Source: Terrimicrobiaceae bacterium
GTDB lineage: Bacteria > Verrucomicrobiota > Verrucomicrobiia > Chthoniobacterales > Terrimicrobiaceae
Direction of reading: 5' to 3'
Assembly (NCBI GenBank): GCA_041752695.1
Contig: JBGSVZ010000037.1
Location: forward strand, 1-49,112
Length of the DNA: 49,112 nt
Within the stretch, counting starts at the first letter, position 1, and each line of letters opens with the position of its first letter. Shown piece by piece: positions 35,782-44,543 of the stretch. Position numbers and translations under genes: made by a program. The notes under the pieces were generated by a model. The model made no database searches, had not been told where the DNA came from, and was given only the letters and a program-made list of their open reading frames with translations.

Positions 35782-36903
35782 ATGTCCGCCGAAAAACCAC
35801 CCGATCCTCCCCGTCTCTCCTCCCTTCGGGATTTGCTTGTCCGTGGCGTCGGTGTCCGGTCCTTCTCCCTCACCGTGCTGATGCTGCTGGCGGTGATTTA
35901 TACCCTGCATTTTGCCAAACCGGTCATTCTGCCTATTGTCCTCGCTCTGCTCTTAAGCCTGCTGCTTTCGCCCTTGGTGCGTCTCCTCGGGCAAAAGCTG
36001 CAAGTTCCCATGGCGGTGGGGGCCGCGATGGTCTTATTGGCGCTGCTGACCACCCTCGGAGTGGGGGCCGCCCTGGTGGTGGAGCCGGCGGCGGCCTGGA
36101 TCCAGACGGTCCCGGAGCGGCTGCCCGATCTAAAGTACCGCCTCACCATCCTCCAGCGCCCGCTCGATAAGATGCGCGAGGCCACCGAGCAGGTCGAGGA
36201 AATGACCGCCCTGGAAAAAGGGGAAGACGAGCAGGTGGTGAAGATCCGCCCCGACACCCCTCTGAGCCTCCTGATGAGCCAGACTCCTTCCTTTCTGGCG
36301 AATCTCGCCGCGATGACCATTCTCCTCTATTTCATGCTCGCCTCGGGCGACGTGTTTCTTCGCAAGCTCGTCAGGATGATTCCATCTTTCGACGACAAAC
36401 GGAGGGCCGTCGAAATCGCTCGCGACATTGAAGATCGCGTATCTCGGTACCTGCGCACCATCACGGTGATCAACCTCGGCTTGGGGGTGGCGGTGGGCCT
36501 TGCGTCCTATTTTGTCGGGCTGCAAAATTACGTCCTGTGGGGCGTCATGGCGTTTCTCCTGAATTTCATCCCCTACCTCGGGGCCCTCGTGGGAATCACG
36601 GCTTCGCTCCTCGTCAGCCTGTTTTCCTTCGAGTCCACCAGCCAGGCCTTTGTTCTCCCCGCGATCTATCTCGCTCTCAATATCATGGAAGGCAACTTCA
36701 TCACCCCGATCATCGTGGGTCGTCTCCTCACGCTCAACACGGTGATGGTTTTCATCTTCCTCATGTTTTGGGGTTGGATCTGGGGCATCGCCGGGGCCTT
36801 GCTGGCGGTGCCCATCCTCGCGGTCGTCAAAATCATCTGCGACCACATTAAACCCCTCGCTCCCATCGGGGAGTTTGTTGGCGGAGAAAATGTCGAGACG
36901 TGA
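35782..36903 (+). CDS. AI-2E family transporter
   Basis: Multi-TM; LNFIPYLG, EGNFITP, WGWIWGIAGALLAVP. Confidence 0.92.
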   Translation: MSAEKPPDPPRLSSLRDLLVRGVGVRSFSLTVLMLLAVIYTLHFAKPVILPIVLALLLSLLLSPLVRLLGQKLQVPMAVGAAMVLLALLTTLGVGAALVVEPAAAWIQTVPERLPDLKYRLTILQRPLDKMREATEQVEEMTALEKGEDEQVVKIRPDTPLSLLMSQTPSFLANLAAMTILLYFMLASGDVFLRKLVRMIPSFDDKRRAVEIARDIEDRVSRYLRTITVINLGLGVAVGLASYFVGLQNYVLWGVMAFLLNFIPYLGALVGITASLLVSLFSFESTSQAFVLPAIYLALNIMEGNFITPIIVGRLLTLNTVMVFIFLMFWGWIWGIAGALLAVPILAVVKIICDHIKPLAPIGEFVGGENVET

Positions 36904-36965
36904 GGTAGGCAAAGGATGCGGATTTGATTGGATTATCCCGGCGTGCCCGTTAGGCAGGGGGTTCT

Positions 36966-38069
36966 GTGAGCGGGTTGAAAAAAGGAATCATCGTTGTGGT
37001 CGTGCTGGCCGGAGCGGGTTTCGCGGGCTGGAAGATGCTGGCGGGAGCCCAGGCACCGGCCTCGACGCTTCCCACCACCAAGGCCGCAGTTCGTGAGGTG
37101 GAGGAATTTGTCCGCGCCACGGGAGAGGTCACGCCCGCGGTGATGACGGAGATCCGTTCGGAGAACAGTGGCCAGATCGCGAAGATCAGGGTGCGGCCCG
37201 GAGCGAAAGTGAAGAAGGGAGACGTTCTCTGCGAACTCGACCGCTCCGAACTCGAAAGCCAGATCGACGAGAGCACCATCCAGATCGAAACGACCAAACT
37301 CCAGTCCGAAAAAGCCACCCGCGACTTCGAGCGTTGGCAAAAACTTTTTGACCAGAAAATCGCTCCGGAGAAGGAGCTTCTCGATGCCCAAACCGAGGCC
37401 GCTCTCGCCAAAAACAATTACAAACTCCAGCAGGCGCGTCTGGAAACGCTGCGCCGCCGCCTGGAAAAATCCATCATCTTCGCCCCCTTGGAGGGTGTCG
37501 TCCTGGAGGTCAATGTCGAGGAAGGTCAGGTCATTGTCGGGGCCAATGGCGCCTCTGCCGGCACGCTCCTGATGAAGGCCGCGGACCTGGGCAATCTTCT
37601 CATCAAGACGAACATCAACGAGGTGGACGTTTCCAAACTCACTCCGGACATGCCGCTGGCGGTCAGTTTTGAATCCGTTCCTGACGTGAAGTCGGAGGGG
37701 GTGCTGTCGTTTATTTCTCCGGCCGCTTCGGGCAAGGAAAAGGAGAAAGACATCCGCGTCTTTCCGCTCATCGTATCGCTCAAAGGGGGTGATGAACGGG
37801 TGCGTCCGGGCATCTCTGCCGACATGAAATTTTCTGTCGCGAAGGAAACGGGAGTGAGCGTGGAAGTTTCCGCGGTATTTCGCGACAAGGAGGAAAATTT
37901 TGTCTTCGTACGGGAGGGCGGGTCTTTCCAAAAGCGGCCCGTTTCCGTGGGCATCAACGATGCGAAATTTGTCCTGCTCACCAGCGGCCTGAAGGAGGGC
38001 GAGGAGGTCGCACTGGAACGGCCGGCGGATTTCGCGGCTGTTCTCTCCTCACCCAAGGGAGGCGGGTAG
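36966..38069 (+). CDS. Efflux periplasmic adaptor subunit (MacA-like)
   Basis: N-terminal TM, lipoyl halves (SGQIAKI...GAKVKKGD; IFAPLEGVV), coiled coil, INEVDV. Confidence 0.9.
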   Translation: MSGLKKGIIVVVVLAGAGFAGWKMLAGAQAPASTLPTTKAAVREVEEFVRATGEVTPAVMTEIRSENSGQIAKIRVRPGAKVKKGDVLCELDRSELESQIDESTIQIETTKLQSEKATRDFERWQKLFDQKIAPEKELLDAQTEAALAKNNYKLQQARLETLRRRLEKSIIFAPLEGVVLEVNVEEGQVIVGANGASAGTLLMKAADLGNLLIKTNINEVDVSKLTPDMPLAVSFESVPDVKSEGVLSFISPAASGKEKEKDIRVFPLIVSLKGGDERVRPGISADMKFSVAKETGVSVEVSAVFRDKEENFVFVREGGSFQKRPVSVGINDAKFVLLTSGLKEGEEVALERPADFAAVLSSPKGGG

Positions 38070-38085
38070 TTGCCCGGTGACGCCA

Positions 38086-38754
38086 ATGATTGAGTTGCGT
38101 CATGTGTCCAAGTTTTACCGTATGGGCACGTCCACAGTGAAGGCGCTGGATGACGTTTCGCTCTCCATCGCGGAGGGGGAATTTGTCGCCATTCGCGGAC
38201 CGTCGGGTTCCGGGAAATCCACCCTAATGCACCTCTTGGGTTTTCTCGACAGCCCCACCGAGGGCGACATCCTTCTTGATGGCAACAACCTTGCTTCGGT
38301 GACGCCGCGCCAACGCGCCACCATCCGCTGCCGGAAGATCGGCTTTATCTTCCAGTCGTTCAATCTCCTTCCACGCCTGAACGTTCTGCAAAACGTCCTG
38401 CTCCCCGTATCCTATCTGCGCACGCCCCATCCCCAGGCCAAGGACGTCGCCCTGGCCTCCCTGGAGCACGTCGGCATGGCCGAGCGGGCGCACCACCGGC
38501 CCAATCAACTCTCCGGCGGACAGCGGCAGCGTGTGGCCATCGCCCGCGCCTTGATGAATCAGCCGCGCATCCTTCTGGCTGACGAGCCGACCGGTAACCT
38601 CGACAGTCAGACCGCTCGCACCATCATGGAACTGTTCTCGAGGCTCAATTCCGAAGGTCGCACCGTCATCCTTGTGACGCACGACGGTCAGCTCGCCAAA
38701 CATTGCCAACGCGAGATCGAAGTTCTCGACGGCAAGATCGTACACGGGACGTGA
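38086..38754 (+). CDS. ABC ATP-binding protein (MacB/LolD family)
   Basis: GPSGSGKST, FQSFNLLP, LSGGQRQR, LADEPTGNLD, VTHD. Confidence 0.95.
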   Translation: MIELRHVSKFYRMGTSTVKALDDVSLSIAEGEFVAIRGPSGSGKSTLMHLLGFLDSPTEGDILLDGNNLASVTPRQRATIRCRKIGFIFQSFNLLPRLNVLQNVLLPVSYLRTPHPQAKDVALASLEHVGMAERAHHRPNQLSGGQRQRVAIARALMNQPRILLADEPTGNLDSQTARTIMELFSRLNSEGRTVILVTHDGQLAKHCQREIEVLDGKIVHGT

Positions 38755-38793
38755 ACGCTGAACTCTCAACGCTCAACTTTGAACGCTCAAGTG
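38752..38793 (+). repeat. Six degenerate heptamer tandem repeats
   Basis: TGAACGC TGAACTC TCAACGC TCAACTT TGAACGC TCAAGTG. Confidence 0.85.
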
Positions 38794-38827
38794 AGGCAAG
38801 CCCGCCTAGTCTCGTCCCTGAACGCCC

Positions 38828-40066
38828 ATGAACTTCCTCAACGGCATCGTCAATGGACTGCGCGAGATCTGGTCGCACAAGTTACGCTCGGCGCTGACGA
38901 TGGTTTGCATCCTGCTTGGCGTGGGCTCGGTCGTGCTCACGGTGGGGTTTGTCAACGGGCTCTTTAGCAATTGGAACCAATGGCTGGCAGAATCCGGCGG
39001 GTTGGAAAAAATTTCCGTCCTTGACCAACCCGCGCCCGAGACTCAGCAGGCGATCAAGGGGCGGTCGCCCGGTCGGACCATGGCTGACGTGCGTGCCATC
39101 CAGGCAGCCAGCCGTTATGCGAGGCTGATTTCCCCGGAGAGGGATCTCGATGGCCGCTTCCAGCGGGGGCGCGTGACCCATCGTGCCCGCGTCCAGGGAG
39201 TGGCCCCCGCTATTTTCACCATCAACCGCATCCAGGTGGAATTCGGCCGTCCCATCTGCGATCTCGACGTGCAAAAAGCCTCCAGCGTGGTGGTGCTGGG
39301 CTCCACCATTGCGAAGAAACTTTTTCAGCCCGGGGAGGACCCCGTCGGCGCAACTGTGCGGGTGAACGGCCTGTTGTGTGAAGTGGTCGGGGTGGTGAAA
39401 CGCTACTCGTTGGACGGCGACGACCCCGAGCAGTGGAATCCGATGGAAGGTCTGAAAAACAATGTCGCCTTTCTTCCCATCACGACGATGCAGCGCAAGC
39501 TGGTTGGTGACGTTCCCCTTTCCTGGATAAACGTCCAGATCACCGACGTATCCCGTTTGCACGAGGCGGTCGAGGAAGTCCAAAACATTGTCCGGGCCAC
39601 CCATCGGGGCATCGATGATTTTCGCATCCGCACCGGGGAAGAGGACCTGCAGGAGCTCCAGGGAATGCAGCGCAATTTTATGGTCGTCGGAATCACCATC
39701 GGCGCGGTCACTCTCATCATTGGCGGGATCGGCATCATGAATCTCATGCTCGCCTCCATTAACGAACGTGTGCGCGAAATTGGCATCCGCAAGGCACTGG
39801 GTGCGTGGGACGAGGACGTTTTTCTTCAATTCATGGCCGAATCCGTCTCGCTTAGCCTGGTGGGCGGGGCCGTGGGGGTTGGCGCTGGGTGCGGGCTCAT
39901 CGAAATCATGCAGCGCATCCCGGGGTTCACCGTGAAACCCGAAATCTCCCTCAGTGCCGTCGCGGTCGGATTTACCTTCAGCGTGGTCACCGGGGTCGTT
40001 TCGGGCATTTACCCCGCCATCCTCGCCTCGCGCCTCGATCCCATCGAAGCGCTGCGGTACGAATAG
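38828..40066 (+). CDS. MacB/FtsX-family ABC permease
   Basis: KLRSALTM, GGIGIMNLMLASINERVREIGIRKALGA, LDPIEALRYE. Confidence 0.95.
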   Translation: MNFLNGIVNGLREIWSHKLRSALTMVCILLGVGSVVLTVGFVNGLFSNWNQWLAESGGLEKISVLDQPAPETQQAIKGRSPGRTMADVRAIQAASRYARLISPERDLDGRFQRGRVTHRARVQGVAPAIFTINRIQVEFGRPICDLDVQKASSVVVLGSTIAKKLFQPGEDPVGATVRVNGLLCEVVGVVKRYSLDGDDPEQWNPMEGLKNNVAFLPITTMQRKLVGDVPLSWINVQITDVSRLHEAVEEVQNIVRATHRGIDDFRIRTGEEDLQELQGMQRNFMVVGITIGAVTLIIGGIGIMNLMLASINERVREIGIRKALGAWDEDVFLQFMAESVSLSLVGGAVGVGAGCGLIEIMQRIPGFTVKPEISLSAVAVGFTFSVVTGVVSGIYPAILASRLDPIEALRYE

Positions 40067-40082
40067 CCGGACCCGGCCCAGC

Positions 40083-41114
40083 CTAAGCTTTCCGGCTCCG
40101 GCGGATCAATAGGCCGATTCCCCCCGCAACGATCAGCAAGGCGGCCGAGGGTTCGGGGATGGCCTGCACAGCCCAGCCCATGTCTTCGAGGAACGCGAGG
40201 TCGAGGTCGGTGATATATTTACGCGTTCCCACGATAATGGTCGGATCCATGAGGGCTTCCTGGCTCTGACCGATTTGGAAAACGCCATTGACGAGCGGCG
40301 TCCCCGTCAGGCCCTCGGCGATGTGGTCTCCGCCCAGACTCAAGACGCCGACTCCTGTGCCTAAAAGATCCAAAACAGCGGTGCCGTTCCAGTTGGTCCC
40401 GCTGACATGTTCGTCCCAAGTCGGCGCAATCCCAAATCCGATGGCGTGAATCATCTCATGAACCGCCACACTGTAGAGGTCGTTCTGACCCAGGGTGGGC
40501 AGCACATTGTAATCCAGATTCCACACAGCCAGCGAATCGATGGCCAGGGCTCCGATGGCATAACCGTAGGAAAGATCATATCCGGCGGGTGTCCCGCCCA
40601 GGGAGATGGTCCCCGAAATGGTGCCGAGCACGGGACCTCCCCGGACCATTCCGGCATTGGAGGCGGCTTCCATGTTGTCCACCGCGCCCACCCATTGCGA
40701 CGGGCTGCCTCCCCCGCCCAGGCTGAGGCCGACACCGCCCGGACCTCCCACCCCCAGCGTGCTGCCGGGGAGGTCGCGGCTGCCGACATAAATGACGATT
40801 TCATCGATTCCCAGAGCAAACGTCGGCAAGGACACCTGGGTGGTCCCATCGGTCGGATTGGTGTAATTCAGGCTCCAGTTCGCCGTGGCCGTCGTGGCTC
40901 CGTTCGTGCCGGTATAGACATCCTGGGAAAGGCTGGTGAGCGAGGTCGTGATGGCATAACTCACGTCCGCCGCCGCCTGGTTCATTGTCGCCTGAGCGGT
41001 GGCGTTGAAAAAGGGATCGGACGGATTTTGGTAAACCAGGGTGACAGAGACCGCTGACGCCGGAACCTGAAGGGAGAGGAGTGCAAAGAAAAGGAGACTG
41101 GCACGCGTCTTCAT
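40083..41114 (-). CDS. PEP-CTERM-sorted zinc metallopeptidase
   Basis: Signal peptide; HEMIHAIGF; Met-turn ALMDP; C-terminal IPEPS-TM-RRSRK. Confidence 0.88.
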   Translation of the reverse strand: MKTRASLLFFALLSLQVPASAVSVTLVYQNPSDPFFNATAQATMNQAAADVSYAITTSLTSLSQDVYTGTNGATTATANWSLNYTNPTDGTTQVSLPTFALGIDEIVIYVGSRDLPGSTLGVGGPGGVGLSLGGGGSPSQWVGAVDNMEAASNAGMVRGGPVLGTISGTISLGGTPAGYDLSYGYAIGALAIDSLAVWNLDYNVLPTLGQNDLYSVAVHEMIHAIGFGIAPTWDEHVSGTNWNGTAVLDLLGTGVGVLSLGGDHIAEGLTGTPLVNGVFQIGQSQEALMDPTIIVGTRKYITDLDLAFLEDMGWAVQAIPEPSAALLIVAGGIGLLIRRSRKA

Positions 41115-41204
41115 GGGAAAAATCGCTAACAGGAAATTGTGAAAACACAAGGGGCCTTTGCCTGCCGGGCACGGGGGAACTGGCGTTTCGTCATGACCCC
41201 CGAG

Positions 41205-41240
41205 ATCGGACAAACCGGGGTTGGACAGTTCTTGTCCGAT
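41205..41240. promoter_or_regulatory. Candidate operator in divergent intergenic region
   Basis: ATCGGACAA (41205-13) / TTGTCCGAT (41232-40) inverted repeat with nested GGACA-N5-TGTCC. Confidence 0.4.
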
Positions 41241-41261
41241 TAGCTTGGATAGGGTTCAGCC

Positions 41262-41498
41262 ATGACCACTCGCCAGCGCCTCAACCAAGCCCTCCTTTCG
41301 GTCACCGGTGAGGACATCCGCCTCATTGGAAACTGGGACCCCGTCCCGGGGCTTACTGGTCACGCCGACCTTTTGGCAGATCTTCTGGGCATTCCCAAAC
41401 CCCAACTGCTGCGCTGCCGGGACATCGCCGACGTACTTGATCTTTTGGAGGGCAGTCCTGTTTCCGGCAAGTCGGACAACGAGCCCTCGCTGTTTTAG
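41262..41498 (+). CDS. Small hypothetical protein
   Basis: 78 aa, ATG start, fills the gap between two minus-strand genes. Confidence 0.5.
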   Translation: MTTRQRLNQALLSVTGEDIRLIGNWDPVPGLTGHADLLADLLGIPKPQLLRCRDIADVLDLLEGSPVSGKSDNEPSLF

Positions 41499-41562
41499 TC
41501 CATCGAGTCGTTTCCGCCGCGCCTTCCGCCCGCGGGATTATCCCCGTCACCGGCGCGACCGG

Positions 41563-42117
41563 CTACAGCGGGGCCTGGATTTTCGCCGCACCGCCTCGTT
41601 TCGGCAGAAGGAGCCGCAACCCGGAGATGCCCAAGAGGAGCAGTCCCAGCCCGACAAACAGCACGTAGAATGGCCGTCCGGCCTGGCCGAGCCAGCGACC
41701 CTCGTGAATGGTCATCAGGAGCTTGCCGGTTGCGTCGGAGATCCCGAACCATTCCTCGCCGACTTTGTAAACAACCCCGGAGAGGACGGTCGCCGTCAGA
41801 GGCAGCATCAGCACGGCCGCCAGTACACGGTGCCAATACCGGGCCCCCGCCTTGGCCCGGCTCTGCCAGAGGAGGAAGGCCCCCGTCCCGAGCAGGACAA
41901 GGAGCCCGCCGCCCACGATCAGAAGGTAAAACGGAGAAATCGCGGGGCTGATCCACTCCCCGGTGTGAATATCCAGGATGGTGCTCCCAGTTTCCTTGCT
42001 CATCCCAAACCAGGCGCGTCCGATTCGATAAACCATCCCGGTGATCGCACTCACCGCCGCGAGCAAGAAGATCCAGGGGGCGAAGCGGCGATGGAAGAGG
42101 CGAAGGTTCTTTTTCAT
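41563..42117 (-). CDS. PepSY-TM-like membrane protein with internal duplication
   Basis: Two homologous halves each HR...G.VY..G..WFG...IH.G.W...PFY; ATG 42117. Confidence 0.8.
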   Translation of the reverse strand: MKKNLRLFHRRFAPWIFLLAAVSAITGMVYRIGRAWFGMSKETGSTILDIHTGEWISPAISPFYLLIVGGGLLVLLGTGAFLLWQSRAKAGARYWHRVLAAVLMLPLTATVLSGVVYKVGEEWFGISDATGKLLMTIHEGRWLGQAGRPFYVLFVGLGLLLLGISGLRLLLPKRGGAAKIQAPL

Positions 42118-42256
42118 CAGGTGTGGCGACGTTTGTCCGTCATTCCGGCCAAAAATGCAAAAACGGATGAAGCCCGACTTGCCGGGGCGGTGGTTCACCG
42201 ACGTTCTTCGCATTTTCTCCTTTCGTGCCGCCTCGTGAACCGCCATAAATTTCCGT

Positions 42257-43378
42257 GTGAGTTCTGAAGCAGCAGCCCCCTCTGTCGAAGTCGTGGCCCA
42301 AAACGAAATCCGCACCCTTGACCACGTTGACCAATACCTGACGGTCGGCAAGGAATCGGCCGCCTCCGACATCCATCTTGCCGTCAATTCCCGCCCGATC
42401 TGGCGGCGCTTTGGCAATCTCGAGCCAATTTGGCTGCAGGCCCCGGTCCTCACCGCGACCGACACCGAGCGCCTGGCCATGGGATTCCTCACCGAACACC
42501 AGAAGCAGATCATGGCGGAACGCGGCGACGTCGATTTTGCCTACGCCAACTCTTTCGGCCGATTCCGCGCCTGCGTCGTCCGGCAACGCCTCGGCTACGA
42601 TCTCACGTTCCGTATCATCAACAGTTCGGTGAAGACGATGGACGAACTCGGCCTGCCGCCGCAGCTCAAGCTCCTGACCCAATACCACAACGGCCTTGTC
42701 CTGGTGACGGGTTCCGTCGGCTCGGGCAAAAGCACCACCCTGGCCGCCCTCGTCGAGGAGGTCAACATGGCCCGCCAGGACCACATCATCACGCTGGAGG
42801 ATCCCATCGAATACATTGTGAAGTCCCGCGGATGTCACGTCACCCAGCGCGAGGTCCACACCCATACCGCCTCGTTCGGCGCTGCCCTGCGTGGAGCGCT
42901 GCGTGAAGATCCCGACGTGATCCTGGTGGGGGAAATGCGCGACTTGGAAACCATCTCGCTGGCCATCACGGCTTCGGAAACCGGCCACCTTGTGCTCGGC
43001 ACGCTGCACACCAGCAATGCCGCGCGCACCCTGGACCGCGTGCTCGACGTTTTCCCCAACGACCAGCGTGATCAGATCCGCATCATGGTGAGCGAATCCC
43101 TCCGCGGCATCATCAGCCAGCAACTCGTGCCGCGCGCCGACGGCACCGGCCGCTGCCTCGCGATGGAGATTCTCATGAACAACCCGGCCGTGGGCAACCT
43201 CATCCGCGAAGGCAAGACCTACATGCTGCCGGGCATCATCCAGACCGGAAAAAAACAAGGCATGCAGTTGATGGACGACGCCCTGCAAATCCTCTTCGAG
43301 GACGGCCTCATCACCGCCGAGGAAGCCTTCTACCGGGCGGAAAACAAAACCCTCATGCGCCAGGTCATCGGCGGATAA
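42257..43378 (+). CDS. pilT: Type IV pilus retraction ATPase
   Basis: ASDIHL, GSVGSGKSTT, EDPIE, LREDPDVILVGEMRD, ETGHLVLGTLHT, AVGNLIRE. Confidence 0.93.
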   Translation: MSSEAAAPSVEVVAQNEIRTLDHVDQYLTVGKESAASDIHLAVNSRPIWRRFGNLEPIWLQAPVLTATDTERLAMGFLTEHQKQIMAERGDVDFAYANSFGRFRACVVRQRLGYDLTFRIINSSVKTMDELGLPPQLKLLTQYHNGLVLVTGSVGSGKSTTLAALVEEVNMARQDHIITLEDPIEYIVKSRGCHVTQREVHTHTASFGAALRGALREDPDVILVGEMRDLETISLAITASETGHLVLGTLHTSNAARTLDRVLDVFPNDQRDQIRIMVSESLRGIISQQLVPRADGTGRCLAMEILMNNPAVGNLIREGKTYMLPGIIQTGKKQGMQLMDDALQILFEDGLITAEEAFYRAENKTLMRQVIGG

Positions 43379-43393
43379 CCCGAGTTTTTTCCC

Positions 43394-44542
43394 ATGGCTT
43401 ACATCGACGATTATTTCAAAGTTCTGATCGAGACGGGTGCCTCCGATCTTCATCTGGCCGAGGGCCAGCCTCCAAAAATCCGCCGCCATGGCGAGATTGT
43501 TCCCATCGGCGAGCAAATCCTCACTCATGAGGTGATGGCCTTCATGCTGAGCGAGATCTGCTCGCCCTCCCGGTGGAAAAAATACGAGGAGTGCGGCGAC
43601 CTCGACTTTGCCTACGAAATGGATGCGGACACCCGTTTCCGCTGCAACTATCTCAAGCAGACCGGCGGCTACGGCGCGGTGTTTCGTATCATCCCGACCA
43701 AGATCAAAACGCTGGAGGAACTCGGCGTGCCTTCCGTGATCAAGACCTTCGGCGAAATGCGCGGCGGCATTGTCCTGGTGACCGGTCCCACGGGTTCCGG
43801 CAAGAGCACCACGCTGGCGGCGCTGATGGATTACATCAACACGCGGCACTCCCGGCATATCGTGACGATCGAGGAGCCGATCGAGTTCGTGCACAAAAAC
43901 AAAAAGAGCATCATCACCCAGCGCGAGGTGCCCGAGCATGCCATCAGCTTCCCGGCCGGTCTGAAAGCGGCGCTGCGCGAAGATGCTGACATCGTTCTGG
44001 TGGGTGAAATGCGCGACTTGGAAACGATTTCCCTCGCCCTCACCGCGGCGGAAACCGGCCTCCTTGTTTTCGGCACCCTGCACACCAACAACTCCCGCAA
44101 GACAGTTGATCGTATGATCGACGTGTTCCCGGCCGATCAGCAGTCGCAAGTGCGCACCATGCTGGCAGCCTCGCTCCGCGGGGTGGTCGCCCAGCTCCTG
44201 CTCAAGCGCGCCGACGGCTCCGGCCGTATCGCGGTGAACGAAATTTTGGTTTCAAACAACGCCGTCTCCGCCATCATCCGCGAAGGGGCCACGCAGAAGC
44301 TGCAGGACGTCATCGTCGGCGGCAAAGGCGAGGGCATGCAGTTCATGGACGATGCCATCTGGGAGCAATTGGTTTCCGGCGCGGCTTCTCCGCACGAGGC
44401 CTACATGAAGGCCATCGATAAACAGCGTTTCAAACCGTTCCTTCCCGAGGAAGAAGCCGGCCTGGCCAATGCGGCTGGTTTGGTGGACGACGGCGCTCCC
44501 CGGCAGGACAAGGGGAAAAAAGTCGGCGCGCTCAGGCACTGA
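43394..44542 (+). CDS. pilT: Type IV pilus retraction ATPase, second paralog
   Basis: ASDLHL, GPTGSGKSTT, LREDADIVLVGEMRD, GTLHT. Confidence 0.93.
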   Translation: MAYIDDYFKVLIETGASDLHLAEGQPPKIRRHGEIVPIGEQILTHEVMAFMLSEICSPSRWKKYEECGDLDFAYEMDADTRFRCNYLKQTGGYGAVFRIIPTKIKTLEELGVPSVIKTFGEMRGGIVLVTGPTGSGKSTTLAALMDYINTRHSRHIVTIEEPIEFVHKNKKSIITQREVPEHAISFPAGLKAALREDADIVLVGEMRDLETISLALTAAETGLLVFGTLHTNNSRKTVDRMIDVFPADQQSQVRTMLAASLRGVVAQLLLKRADGSGRIAVNEILVSNNAVSAIIREGATQKLQDVIVGGKGEGMQFMDDAIWEQLVSGAASPHEAYMKAIDKQRFKPFLPEEEAGLANAAGLVDDGAPRQDKGKKVGALRH

Positions 44543-44543
44543 C

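Noticed and set aside
42257..44542. Tandem PilT paralogs as a novelty
   Set aside because: Paired retraction ATPases away from other pil genes are common
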